DNA from: Thermoproteota archaeon
GTDB lineage: Archaea > Thermoproteota > Thermoprotei_A > Sulfolobales > Ignisphaeraceae
Length of the DNA stretch: 64,000 bases
Assembly: GCA_030550585.1 (NCBI GenBank)
Contig: JAUQPB010000003.1
Span: forward strand, 164,333-228,332
Direction: 5' to 3'
The notes beneath the pieces were generated by a model, which searched no databases, had not been told where the DNA came from, and saw nothing but the letters and a program-made list of their open reading frames with translations. Position numbers and translations under genes: made by a program. Position 1 is the stretch's first letter. Each line of letters starts with the position of its first letter. Of the stretch, positions 1 to 9,298 are shown piece by piece.

Positions 1-154
1 CATTAATGACGATTTTGCTGAGTTAACTTAGGCTTTTCCCAATTTATATTTTTAACGTATGCTACTATTATTTTGGTCTAAAAGCTCTGCATAACAACTA
101 TTTATAAAATTTTTGATTAGATTCTATCTCAGGTACGCTGTTATAGGTGCTAGA

Positions 155-1156
155 ATGACTGCGAAGGCATTCGTGATATATCATGGTGACTGCGACGGCG
201 TTATCTCAGCAGGATTGTACATTAGACATTTCTTGCTAGATTATGTTCCCAGCAATATTATGCTGAAATATTCACAGCCATGGCGTTTACAAGAAGATTT
301 AGATAAATGTTTAAAGAATTTGAAAAATGCAGAAATTCTTGTGTTACTCGATCTAGCGATAGGCGCAAGTGTTGCTAGCAAAATCAAAGAGATTGTTCGT
401 AAAAACGAGCACATTAACATAGTTATAGTAGACCACCATTCATCGTCTATAGCAGCACTAAAAGATATTCAAGAACTAGAACCTAGGGTAAAGGTGCTTT
501 GGAGCAAAGCTCAATCGACACCTGAAGTCTTAGCACATACTATAATAAGAAATTTAAATGAATTTGAGGAAGTTCTTGTTAAAGTGGCGAATGTTTGCGA
601 AGGTGGTTCTGCAAATGAGCCTTATATTCGTGAGATTGCTGATAAAATAAAACTTGTTTTGGCTGTTGAGCCAACTAATGAGCCTTTGATTAAGGGTGCT
701 GTCGAGGCTATTATAAAGGGAAGCGATTTTTGGAATTCTAAAGAATTCAATGAAAAGTACTCTAAAGCTAAGTGGCTTTTACAAACCCTTTTAAAGAGAA
801 TAGAAGAAAGAGTTGAGCATGTATGTGATTGGAGTATTGCTACGTTTAGTGCAGCTGAATCCATTATATATGCAGGGTTGTTTGGAATAGCATCATCTGA
901 ATATATTAAAAAGACCAAACAACCTATTGTAATAGTAAGAGAGGAAGAGGAAAAAATCGTGGTAACGGTACGTTCATTAAATGAGCAAGCCTTAGAATTT
1001 TGCAAGAGTTTTGCTTCAACATATGGAAATGACATGAACATAATTTATGGTGGGCACAAAGAGGCTGCTTCAATGACTATAAAAACAGGTAAATCCCTAG
1101 CCGAGTTTGTGACAATAATTAAAAATTTTATTAAAGAAAGATGTTGCCGTAAGTAG
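155..1156 (+). CDS. DHH-family phosphoesterase (DHH + DHHA1)
   Basis: Motifs HGDCDG, LLDL, VDHH and C-terminal GGH. Start moved to ATG 155, which follows an SD-like GGTG. Confidence 0.85.
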   Translation: MTAKAFVIYHGDCDGVISAGLYIRHFLLDYVPSNIMLKYSQPWRLQEDLDKCLKNLKNAEILVLLDLAIGASVASKIKEIVRKNEHINIVIVDHHSSSIAALKDIQELEPRVKVLWSKAQSTPEVLAHTIIRNLNEFEEVLVKVANVCEGGSANEPYIREIADKIKLVLAVEPTNEPLIKGAVEAIIKGSDFWNSKEFNEKYSKAKWLLQTLLKRIEERVEHVCDWSIATFSAAESIIYAGLFGIASSEYIKKTKQPIVIVREEEEKIVVTVRSLNEQALEFCKSFASTYGNDMNIIYGGHKEAASMTIKTGKSLAEFVTIIKNFIKERCCRK

Positions 1157-1158
1157 AT

Positions 1159-1932
1159 GTGGCCATGTGCATAAATATAGATATTGCGAGCCCCTGCCCA
1201 AGTATAATTACAAAATTAAACGAGTTAAAGAACAGGTATGTGATAATTATTGTTGGCGAAATGATTATTGAGTACATCGGCAGAGCAACATCGTATGCTC
1301 AAATCGGTTCTCGACTACTTATCACAAAACCAGATGGCAGTATATTAGTACATGATGCAACAAAGGTCGAGCCACTCAACTGGCAACCGCCAAAATCCTA
1401 TATACACTATGAGTGTAGAGATGATAAAATATTTGTTAGATCGTTTAGGAAAAACCCTCAAGAGGAGGTACTCATAGAGATCAGCAAGGTTTACCTAATA
1501 TCATTATGTCAACTAACATCAGCAAAACCTGTGGTAATAGGAAAGGAAAGCGATATCGTTAAAATGATCATGGCAAATGCTAGTATTATTGATCCAAACG
1601 CTAAGATTTTGGGCACAGATGTTGCAACATCATATGGAAAGATAGATGTTTTGCTTAAGAAAGAGGATGGGACTCTTATAGTTGTTGAGGTAAAGAACGA
1701 AAAGGCAGGTGTATCTGCGGTACTTCAATTAAAGAGATATGTCGATTTTTACAAGGATAAGGGATTAAAGGTGGAGGGAGTTCTAGTAGCTCCTTCGATA
1801 ACCACCGACGCATTTACACTTCTTCATAAGGAGGGCATGCAGTTCATAGATTTGAGAAAACTACTACAAGAATTTAGTGTTGGATTCGCAGAAAACCGGA
1901 TAAGTATATTAAAAAGTGAGCGAGAACATTAG
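1159..1932 (+). CDS. nucS: Endonuclease NucS/EndoMS (mismatch-specific)
   Basis: Y-GRA, RLLITKPDGSILVH, PLNWQPP, and a PD-(D/E)xK core IDVL..VEVK..QLKRY. Confidence 0.9.
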   Translation: MAMCINIDIASPCPSIITKLNELKNRYVIIIVGEMIIEYIGRATSYAQIGSRLLITKPDGSILVHDATKVEPLNWQPPKSYIHYECRDDKIFVRSFRKNPQEEVLIEISKVYLISLCQLTSAKPVVIGKESDIVKMIMANASIIDPNAKILGTDVATSYGKIDVLLKKEDGTLIVVEVKNEKAGVSAVLQLKRYVDFYKDKGLKVEGVLVAPSITTDAFTLLHKEGMQFIDLRKLLQEFSVGFAENRISILKSEREH

Positions 1933-1943
1933 AAGTAGATAGG

Positions 1944-2366
1944 ATGAAAATTATGGCAGTCGATGAACATTTGTACTTAGAAGGAGTTCCATTAGCATTT
2001 AAAGACAGTATTAGGATAAAAGAGTTTAGAGAAGATAGAACAAATAAATGCATTGAGTTTCTACATGAGTTGACATCCGATTTTCTTGATCAATATAATA
2101 ATGTTCATGGATCGGCACTCGCATTATTATCTGTTTTAGCAGCAGAGAATGTTGCTAAAACACAGATTTTCGGGGATGAATATCTCGTAGCAATTTCCCA
2201 TACCATAAACTTTGTTTCACAACCAGAGACCTTAGCAGATTTGGAAATAAGGTCATGTGTGATTGGAAAAGGGGGTAAGATCATACATGTACAAACTACT
2301 ATAACATGCAATGGTAAAGAGCTTGCAAACGCACTAACGGTATTTGTTGTAGAGGAAAGTGTATAG
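1944..2366 (+). CDS. PaaI/hotdog-fold thioesterase-like protein
   Basis: DQYNNVHGSAL resembles the NxxGxxHGG motif; hotdog strands INFV and GGKIIHVQT. Confidence 0.65.
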   Translation: MKIMAVDEHLYLEGVPLAFKDSIRIKEFREDRTNKCIEFLHELTSDFLDQYNNVHGSALALLSVLAAENVAKTQIFGDEYLVAISHTINFVSQPETLADLEIRSCVIGKGGKIIHVQTTITCNGKELANALTVFVVEESV

Positions 2367-2368
2367 CG

Positions 2369-3295
2369 ATGGAGCTCAACCTAATTGGTTTTGAAAGCCT
2401 TGGTGTAAGATCCCAAGCAACATTTATTCAGGTAAAAAATGCCAACATCTTTATAGATCCCTCAGCAGCTCTTGCTCCAAGACGCTATGGTTTACCACCA
2501 CACCGATTAGAGGCTAAGAGACTCTTGGAGATATTTGATAAGATACAGGATTATCTCATAGACTCTGATTATATTATTATAACCCATTATCATTATGACC
2601 ATCACGACCCTGGCAGATTCATTGACCCAGCACTATTTAGAGGAAAAACCATTTTATTAAAGGATTTTGAGAAGAATATCAACTTTTCACAGAGGATCAG
2701 AGCCTATAGATTCATAAAAATGGTTAAGGATTTTGCAAACAACATTAAAGTATGCGATGGCAAAACATTTGAAATCGGTTCAAATAAAATCAATTTCAGT
2801 AAACCTCTGCCCCACGGATCAAATACTAGATTAGGATTCGTTGTTTCTGTATGCATTAAAGATGATTATGAAGTGTTATTTACATCAGATATAGAAGGTG
2901 GTTCCAGCCAAGAGCATTCCTTTCTATACGACTTTTGCAAACCCTACATCGCCATTGTAGATGGGCCTCCAACATATTTAATGGGGTATTCATTTTCAGA
3001 GGAAGAGTTGAACAATTCTTTAAACTTTCTCAAAACTTTCATTAGTAAAAACCTTGGTACACTTAGACAAATTGTTCTTGATCACCATATATTTCGAGAC
3101 GCTAATTATGTATCAGTTGTTCAAAACTTAAGAAGTTATAGTACCCACATCGAAATAAAGACAGCAGCAGAATTAATGGGTCTTGAGCCACAACCGCTTG
3201 AAGCCTTCAGAAAAGGTTTATATACGGTAAGCAATGAGAGTGGTCTAGATATGCTGAAAGAGTCTATGAGATATGGTGATAATTTAGATGAGTAA
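2369..3295 (+). CDS. Metallo-beta-lactamase-fold hydrolase (UPF0282 family)
   Basis: ESLGVRS, IDPSAALAPRRYGLPPH, THYHYDHH, PHG, SD, DGPP and DHH motifs. Confidence 0.85.
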   Translation: MELNLIGFESLGVRSQATFIQVKNANIFIDPSAALAPRRYGLPPHRLEAKRLLEIFDKIQDYLIDSDYIIITHYHYDHHDPGRFIDPALFRGKTILLKDFEKNINFSQRIRAYRFIKMVKDFANNIKVCDGKTFEIGSNKINFSKPLPHGSNTRLGFVVSVCIKDDYEVLFTSDIEGGSSQEHSFLYDFCKPYIAIVDGPPTYLMGYSFSEEELNNSLNFLKTFISKNLGTLRQIVLDHHIFRDANYVSVVQNLRSYSTHIEIKTAAELMGLEPQPLEAFRKGLYTVSNESGLDMLKESMRYGDNLDE

Positions 3296-3983
3296 CTTCA
3301 TCAACATTATTGTTCTTAGCGATGCGCATGGAAGGCTTGATTTAATTGAAAAAATATTAAATGATGTTTCTAGTGAAATCGATTTAGTTGTATACTGCGG
3401 TGATATTGCCCCATATCGCCAACATTTAGATACAATTAACTACATAACCAAGTTTATAAAATATGCTGAAAGGTTTAACATTTCTAAGATTCTTGCAGTA
3501 CCTGGCAATGTTGATGATCCGAGACATTATTATGAGGCTAGCATGAATAACAACATTTTTGTGAATATTCATGAGAATTTCTACACGTACAAAGAGTATG
3601 TCTTTGTTGGTTTTGGAGGATCAAATATAACACCTTTCAATACCTTCTTTGAAAATACTGAAGATACTATAGAAAAGAAGCTTGTTGCTCTCCTAGAGAA
3701 TATTAACAATAGAAACAAGCTCATCTTAGTAACTCACGTCCCACCATACAATACGAAATGCGATGTTATATACAGTGGGCAACACATTGGATCCACAGCT
3801 ATCAGAAATATTATTGAGAGATTCAAGCCAATTCTTATATTGTCTGGTCATGTACACGAATCAAGATGTGTAGATAGAGTAGATAATACCATAATTGTTA
3901 ACCCCGGCCCAATGTCAAAAGGATACTATGCTACAGTTAAGCTAGGGGATACAATCGAAGTAGCCCTCAACCAGATTTACTAG
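3288..3983 (+). CDS. Calcineurin-like metallophosphoesterase
   Basis: SDAHG, CGDI, PGNVD, THVPP and GHVHE motifs. Confidence 0.9.
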   Translation: MSNFINIIVLSDAHGRLDLIEKILNDVSSEIDLVVYCGDIAPYRQHLDTINYITKFIKYAERFNISKILAVPGNVDDPRHYYEASMNNNIFVNIHENFYTYKEYVFVGFGGSNITPFNTFFENTEDTIEKKLVALLENINNRNKLILVTHVPPYNTKCDVIYSGQHIGSTAIRNIIERFKPILILSGHVHESRCVDRVDNTIIVNPGPMSKGYYATVKLGDTIEVALNQIY

Positions 3984-4359
3984 CAACAGCACTTCTAATG
4001 GTACTCGCTTTTCCAGGATCAAGCTCCTCTATGCTTTCAATATATTCCTCTACCTTGTCTAATGGAACCACAACTACACTATCCTCCGTAACATCTAGTA
4101 AAACATCATCCAATACATATATTGATTCTACGACATCATAAGAGCTTTGCATATGCATTGCTATCACATTGGGTGTGACATCTAATATTATTTGTAGGAT
4201 ACAGGCACAGCAACTGTTTAATGTGATTATATCTATGGGCTTCTCCGGTTCTAGGCTATCGGCGCAATAGCTTAGACTTGAACATGTGGGACACTGCATG
4301 TAAATGTCTTGGCCTTTTCTAAACACATCTTTTACAATATCACTCCATCTAGGCCTCAA
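3967..4359 (-). CDS. Hypothetical Cys-rich (possibly metal-binding) protein
   Basis: 130-aa ORF with CPTC..YC..SCCAC, co-oriented directly downstream of tmcA. Confidence 0.6.
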   Translation of the reverse strand: MRPRWSDIVKDVFRKGQDIYMQCPTCSSLSYCADSLEPEKPIDIITLNSCCACILQIILDVTPNVIAMHMQSSYDVVESIYVLDDVLLDVTEDSVVVVPLDKVEEYIESIEELDPGKASTIRSAVASKSG

Positions 4360-4374
4360 TTTAGTTACCCTCCC

Positions 4375-6858
4375 CTATTTTTCGATATAGTCACTCAATG
4401 ATATCCTACCTAAAAGTTTGTCTATATTATTTTCATTTATCGCAAAGAAGTGGGCCAAAATCTTAGATATTATTCTTCTCATATCGTCAATAAGCTTGGC
4501 TTTTTTAACCCCCAACAAACCTGCACACTGATCCCATGGTAACCCCTGCAACGTTTTTAATATAGTTAATTTCTCTTCCAACGGCTCTAACACCCTACAA
4601 CCTTTTTGAGATTTCCAATAATGCTTTATAACGATTGTTATAACATCGCAGCAAGATTCATACGTCATATACCCTTCCACATAACTTAGTAGTCTATCTA
4701 TTTGAATTGGTGTTAAAGGAGGTTCTTTACAAACATTTGCATCCATTTTATTGAATGTATTTAGAAGTTGCCATGCCACATCAACTTCTAGATCCCTATA
4801 GGTATCATGCATACTCTCAATCAATTTTTCAACAAATTCTCTGTGCAGTATTTCGACAATGCGTTGCCATTTATCATTTAGAGGTTTTAAAACGAGGACT
4901 GTGTACTCTGCACTAACAGGGTTTCTATCAGGCGATATGTGTAGAGGTATAAACCCATTTTTTATCCAGAAATTAAGCAGTTCTCCTGTTGCTCCAAAGC
5001 CGCTTCCTATCCAGTCATAGCCTCTTTCACTAGTCTCTTTAACAAGCTCATTTAGTAGAAAAGAGCCTATCCCCCTTCCTTGAGCATTGGGATGTACAGC
5101 TATTCGTACAATCCTCCACCCCTTTCCAGATCCTATCTCCCTTATCCTCCCATGCTTTAGCAGTCTATCAGGTATTATATTCCCTGGTATCTTACCCCCT
5201 CTCAACAGAGAATCTATATATTCATCTGATATAGGACCTTCTTCAGCAAGTTGAGCTGCCGCAACTATTTTACCATTCTCAAGAGCCAACGCTCTTATGC
5301 TATGATGCGGTGCGTCAGCCATCATCGCCAGGTCGTCTGGTTCATTTCTATAATGGGCCAATACATATATGCCAAAAAGACTCTTCAAAATTTTTTCATT
5401 CTCCAAGGTGAATAAAGACTCTGGTTGTAGCTTTAGGTAAACAAATCTCTTTTCCTCAATTAGCTTCATGTCATCTTCTGTCAACTCATCTGGTTCTGCA
5501 TCAAGTAAGAGCGCTCTGAACTGCCATTTCTCAATAGGATCATTACTTGCATATCTTATGGGCTCCTCCATCTCAAATAGCATCAACTTTGTCTCTTTAT
5601 CTTCTTTAATCCTCTTCAAGAACCTTATTGAAAAACCTCTGCCAGCACCCTCATAACCATGAATTGTTGTAGCAAAAATCGTTCTTTTGAATTTGTTCCA
5701 TATTTTATGGAGAAGAGGAACAGGTATCCCAGCTGCCTCATCAACAACAGCTATATCAACATCTAGTTTCGGTATTACAGCCGGCTCCCAATATTCAATA
5801 CTAAATCTATCGCCTCTTATTTCATATACCATACCATTTCTTTCAAACCTTTTATATTTCAGGCCTATGGCATCAAGAGCCCTCATAGCCAATAGCATTA
5901 GCGATTGAACATTGCTTAGAGAGGGGGCCGTAACAGCTATTCTTATTCTGTTCTTGACGTCCAAGAGAGCGTTAATCAATCCAGCCAACCCAATTCCAAT
6001 TGCACATGATTTACCTCTACCCCTATCAGCAATGTATATTGCTGTAATTCTTTTAAAGGGCTTTTTAGGAGGGTCAATGAAATTCTCTAAAATCTTGACA
6101 GCTTCTACCTGATCTTGTGTTAAAGCCAGCTTGTATAACTCTACCGGAAATTTTGACTCGGTAGGTAGTTTTATCTCCTTCCTCCCAGAGGTTTTTAGAT
6201 TAATGCTATCCATTTTTATGATCTCATCAGCATCAATATCATATATGAACACCCCAGGACTGTTTAAGGTAACATCTTTAAACCATTTAACAAAGATTTT
6301 TCTGGGTTCTGGATGCTGTGGAACCGTTAAAGACATTTGGAATAGATTTTTTCTATCGTGCCACTCACTCCATTTGGGAGCTAATAAGACGATTATACCT
6401 CCTCCCTCGACCACCCCAACAAGTCTTCCAATATCTAGTGGCCGCAAACTATTTATAAGATCCATTATCAGAGCTTGGTAAGTGGTTCCCAAATACTTGT
6501 CAGAGTTCTCATATACTGCAAGCTCTATTTTTGCATTAATTTTCTTTTTCTTGATATAACTTTTAACCAATGAATTGAATATAGTCTTTCTAAGGTTGGC
6601 ATCATCAAATTCGTCGTGGTATACATAAAGTATTCTTGCATAATCTTTATGGCTAAGAAAAATCCTTAGAAAATTTATTACAATGTCTGACAACATTATT
6701 GCCTGTTTTCTATGATCGTCACCAGCAAGTATGAGTAGCAATCTATACCTATTTTCAATAGCTTTGCGAAGTTCATTTAAGATATGCCCTCTAAACTGTC
6801 TATAGTTCTTTCTCTTAAGATGCTTTGCTATCTCATCTCTTTTAATCATCCTCATCAC
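4375..6858 (-). CDS. tmcA: RNA cytidine acetyltransferase TmcA/Nat10 (ac4C)
   Basis: Helicase motifs ADRGRGKS, VDEAA, TTIHGYEGAGRGF and EPIRY; AHYRNEPDDL; GNAT motif RIAVHP..QGRGIGS. Confidence 0.95.
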   Translation of the reverse strand: MMRMIKRDEIAKHLKRKNYRQFRGHILNELRKAIENRYRLLLILAGDDHRKQAIMLSDIVINFLRIFLSHKDYARILYVYHDEFDDANLRKTIFNSLVKSYIKKKKINAKIELAVYENSDKYLGTTYQALIMDLINSLRPLDIGRLVGVVEGGGIIVLLAPKWSEWHDRKNLFQMSLTVPQHPEPRKIFVKWFKDVTLNSPGVFIYDIDADEIIKMDSINLKTSGRKEIKLPTESKFPVELYKLALTQDQVEAVKILENFIDPPKKPFKRITAIYIADRGRGKSCAIGIGLAGLINALLDVKNRIRIAVTAPSLSNVQSLMLLAMRALDAIGLKYKRFERNGMVYEIRGDRFSIEYWEPAVIPKLDVDIAVVDEAAGIPVPLLHKIWNKFKRTIFATTIHGYEGAGRGFSIRFLKRIKEDKETKLMLFEMEEPIRYASNDPIEKWQFRALLLDAEPDELTEDDMKLIEEKRFVYLKLQPESLFTLENEKILKSLFGIYVLAHYRNEPDDLAMMADAPHHSIRALALENGKIVAAAQLAEEGPISDEYIDSLLRGGKIPGNIIPDRLLKHGRIREIGSGKGWRIVRIAVHPNAQGRGIGSFLLNELVKETSERGYDWIGSGFGATGELLNFWIKNGFIPLHISPDRNPVSAEYTVLVLKPLNDKWQRIVEILHREFVEKLIESMHDTYRDLEVDVAWQLLNTFNKMDANVCKEPPLTPIQIDRLLSYVEGYMTYESCCDVITIVIKHYWKSQKGCRVLEPLEEKLTILKTLQGLPWDQCAGLLGVKKAKLIDDMRRIISKILAHFFAINENNIDKLLGRISLSDYIEK

Positions 6859-6961
6859 TGCCTAATCTTGCAAGACATACTTTAAGAACTCAAGCAAGGC
6901 TCAAACCTCTTTGGTTTATCTGGTTTAAAAAATATGAGGTCTTTGGAATGAATAATGACCT

Positions 6962-9184
6962 TCACATGTACATAATTCTTCTCGACAACTCCTCTTGAAT
7001 CTTTTCATATGCCTCAAGTCTATCTTTTGTAAGACTGGGTTTCACATATTCCATTGCCTTTATGAAGTATTTGAATGATATTGGTCTTGGAGTCAAATCC
7101 TCTCTTAGTGCAAGCATCACAGCCTCTCTTACTAGTGCTTCTAAGTCCGCTCCGCTATAGCCCTCAGTCTTTTTCGCAAGTTCAATTAGATCGACGTCTT
7201 CGGCTAGTGGAATCTTCCTTGTATGTATCTTCAATATTTCATACCTTGCTCTGAGATCTGGCGGAGGAACATATATTATTCTATCGAATCTCCCAGGTCT
7301 TAATAGCGCAGGGTCTAAGAGATCTGGTCTATTGGTAGCACCTATGACAACAACCCCTCTCAACGCCTCAATGCCGTCCATTTCAGTAAGCAGCTGATTC
7401 ACTATCCTATCTGTAACACCGGACACGTCATGACCTCTTATCGGTGCTATAGCATCAATCTCGTCAAAGAATATTATAGTTGGTGCAGCTTTTCTAGCTC
7501 TCTTGAAAATCTCTCTTATAGCTTTCTCTGATTCTCCAACCCACTTGCTTAACACCTCAGGTCCTTTCACTGCTATGAAGTTGGCACCACTTTCTGTTGC
7601 AGCAGCTTTCGCCAAGAGAGTCTTTCCACAACCTGGTGGGCCATAGAGAAGAATACCCTTGGGAGGTCTTATACCCATTTGCTCAAATATATGAGGATAT
7701 TTTATTGGCCATTCAACCGCCTCTCTGAGTTGCTGTTTAACAAGATCTAGGCCTCCTATATCGTCCCAATGAACCTCTGGAACCTCAATGAGCACTTCTC
7801 TCATGAGCGATGGCGCTATATTCTTCATAGCCCTATAAAAGTCTGCCATGGTGACCTTCAGTTTTTGTAGCAGCTCTGACGGAATTGGCTTATCGAGATC
7901 TATTGCATGTTCTTTAAGGAAGCGCCTAAGAGCATTCATAGCAGCTTCTTTGACAAGTGCTGCAAGGTCTGCTCCTGTATAGCCGTAGGTCATCTCAGCA
8001 AGTTTATCAAGATCAACATCTTCTGCGAGGGGGACATTCCGCGTATGTACAGCAAGTATCTCTCTTCTTGCTCTTTTATCTGGTGGTGGCACCTCAATCT
8101 CTCTATCGAATCTCCCAGGCCTTCTCAATGCAGGATCGACGGCATCTGGTCTATTGGTAGCACCTATAACTATAACCTTTCCTCTCTCCTCCAAACCATC
8201 CATAAGCGCCAAAAGCTGGGCAACAACTCTTTTCTCTACCTCACCTACAACCTCCTCTCTCTTAGGCGCTATAGCATCAATCTCATCAATAAATATTATT
8301 GCAGGGGCATTCTTTTTAGCCTCCTCAAAAATCTGTCTAAGCCTTTGTTCAGACTCCCCATAATATTTAGACATTATCTCGGGGCCATTAATCGCCAAAA
8401 AATATGCGCCCGTCTCATTCGCCAAAGCCTTTGCTAGCAGAGTCTTTCCGACGCCTGGTGGGCCATAGAGAAGAATGCCCTTGGGAGGTTCTATGCCAAG
8501 CCTCTCAAACAGCTCTGGATGTTTCAGAGGAAGCTCAACTATCTCTCTTATCTTCTCCTTCACCTCCTCTAAATCACCTATATCCTCCCATGTAACCCTT
8601 GGCACCCCCGCCGGAGCCCCCCTAACAGGTTCTGGTCTTATAACAATCTCTGTTGACTCTGTAACATAAACTATTTGAGAAGGTGATGTTGATAACACCC
8701 TAAGTCTTATTGGATTTCCAAAGTAACCGAAATACGATGGAACAACTATATCCCCTCTAATCAATGGTTTTTGAAGCAACTCCCTCTTTAAATATTGCGC
8801 CAGATTCTTAGCATAATTAGCATAATATTCCTTGTATCTGATATCGTAATCAGTGCCAAGAAAATCAGATTCATCAAAAGCTAAGACAATCCTTTGAGCA
8901 GGTACAGCATTCGCCTTTTTAACTGATACAACATCACCCACACTAACATTAAGAACTTCTCTCATAAACCCATCTATTCTTATTATCTCGTAGCCATCAT
9001 CCTCAGGATATGCAGGCCAAGCCTGAGCTACAGTAACCCCCTTATTACTTCTAATCTCAATGTAGTCACCAATCTCGATACCAAGCTCCTTAAAAACTTT
9101 GCTTGGCACTCTAGCAATCTTTTTTCCAACATCCCGTTGCTTAGCAGATTCAACCCTTAGCGTAACCTCTTTATCGCCTGACAT
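6962..9184 (-). CDS. cdc48: CDC48/VCP-family AAA+ ATPase
   Basis: N-domain plus two AAA modules (GPPGVGKT and [19 protein letters not shown]). Confidence 0.97.
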   Translation of the reverse strand: MSGDKEVTLRVESAKQRDVGKKIARVPSKVFKELGIEIGDYIEIRSNKGVTVAQAWPAYPEDDGYEIIRIDGFMREVLNVSVGDVVSVKKANAVPAQRIVLAFDESDFLGTDYDIRYKEYYANYAKNLAQYLKRELLQKPLIRGDIVVPSYFGYFGNPIRLRVLSTSPSQIVYVTESTEIVIRPEPVRGAPAGVPRVTWEDIGDLEEVKEKIREIVELPLKHPELFERLGIEPPKGILLYGPPGVGKTLLAKALANETGAYFLAINGPEIMSKYYGESEQRLRQIFEEAKKNAPAIIFIDEIDAIAPKREEVVGEVEKRVVAQLLALMDGLEERGKVIVIGATNRPDAVDPALRRPGRFDREIEVPPPDKRARREILAVHTRNVPLAEDVDLDKLAEMTYGYTGADLAALVKEAAMNALRRFLKEHAIDLDKPIPSELLQKLKVTMADFYRAMKNIAPSLMREVLIEVPEVHWDDIGGLDLVKQQLREAVEWPIKYPHIFEQMGIRPPKGILLYGPPGCGKTLLAKAAATESGANFIAVKGPEVLSKWVGESEKAIREIFKRARKAAPTIIFFDEIDAIAPIRGHDVSGVTDRIVNQLLTEMDGIEALRGVVVIGATNRPDLLDPALLRPGRFDRIIYVPPPDLRARYEILKIHTRKIPLAEDVDLIELAKKTEGYSGADLEALVREAVMLALREDLTPRPISFKYFIKAMEYVKPSLTKDRLEAYEKIQEELSRRIMYM

Positions 9185-9298
9185 AGCAAAGCACTCTCAA
9201 CTGCATTTTGTTAGAAATCTCTAACAAGCATAAAAGGTTTTTGATAAAAATTAGAAAAAATGTTGGTGGAAAAATATTTTGACTCTTAGCTTTTGAAG

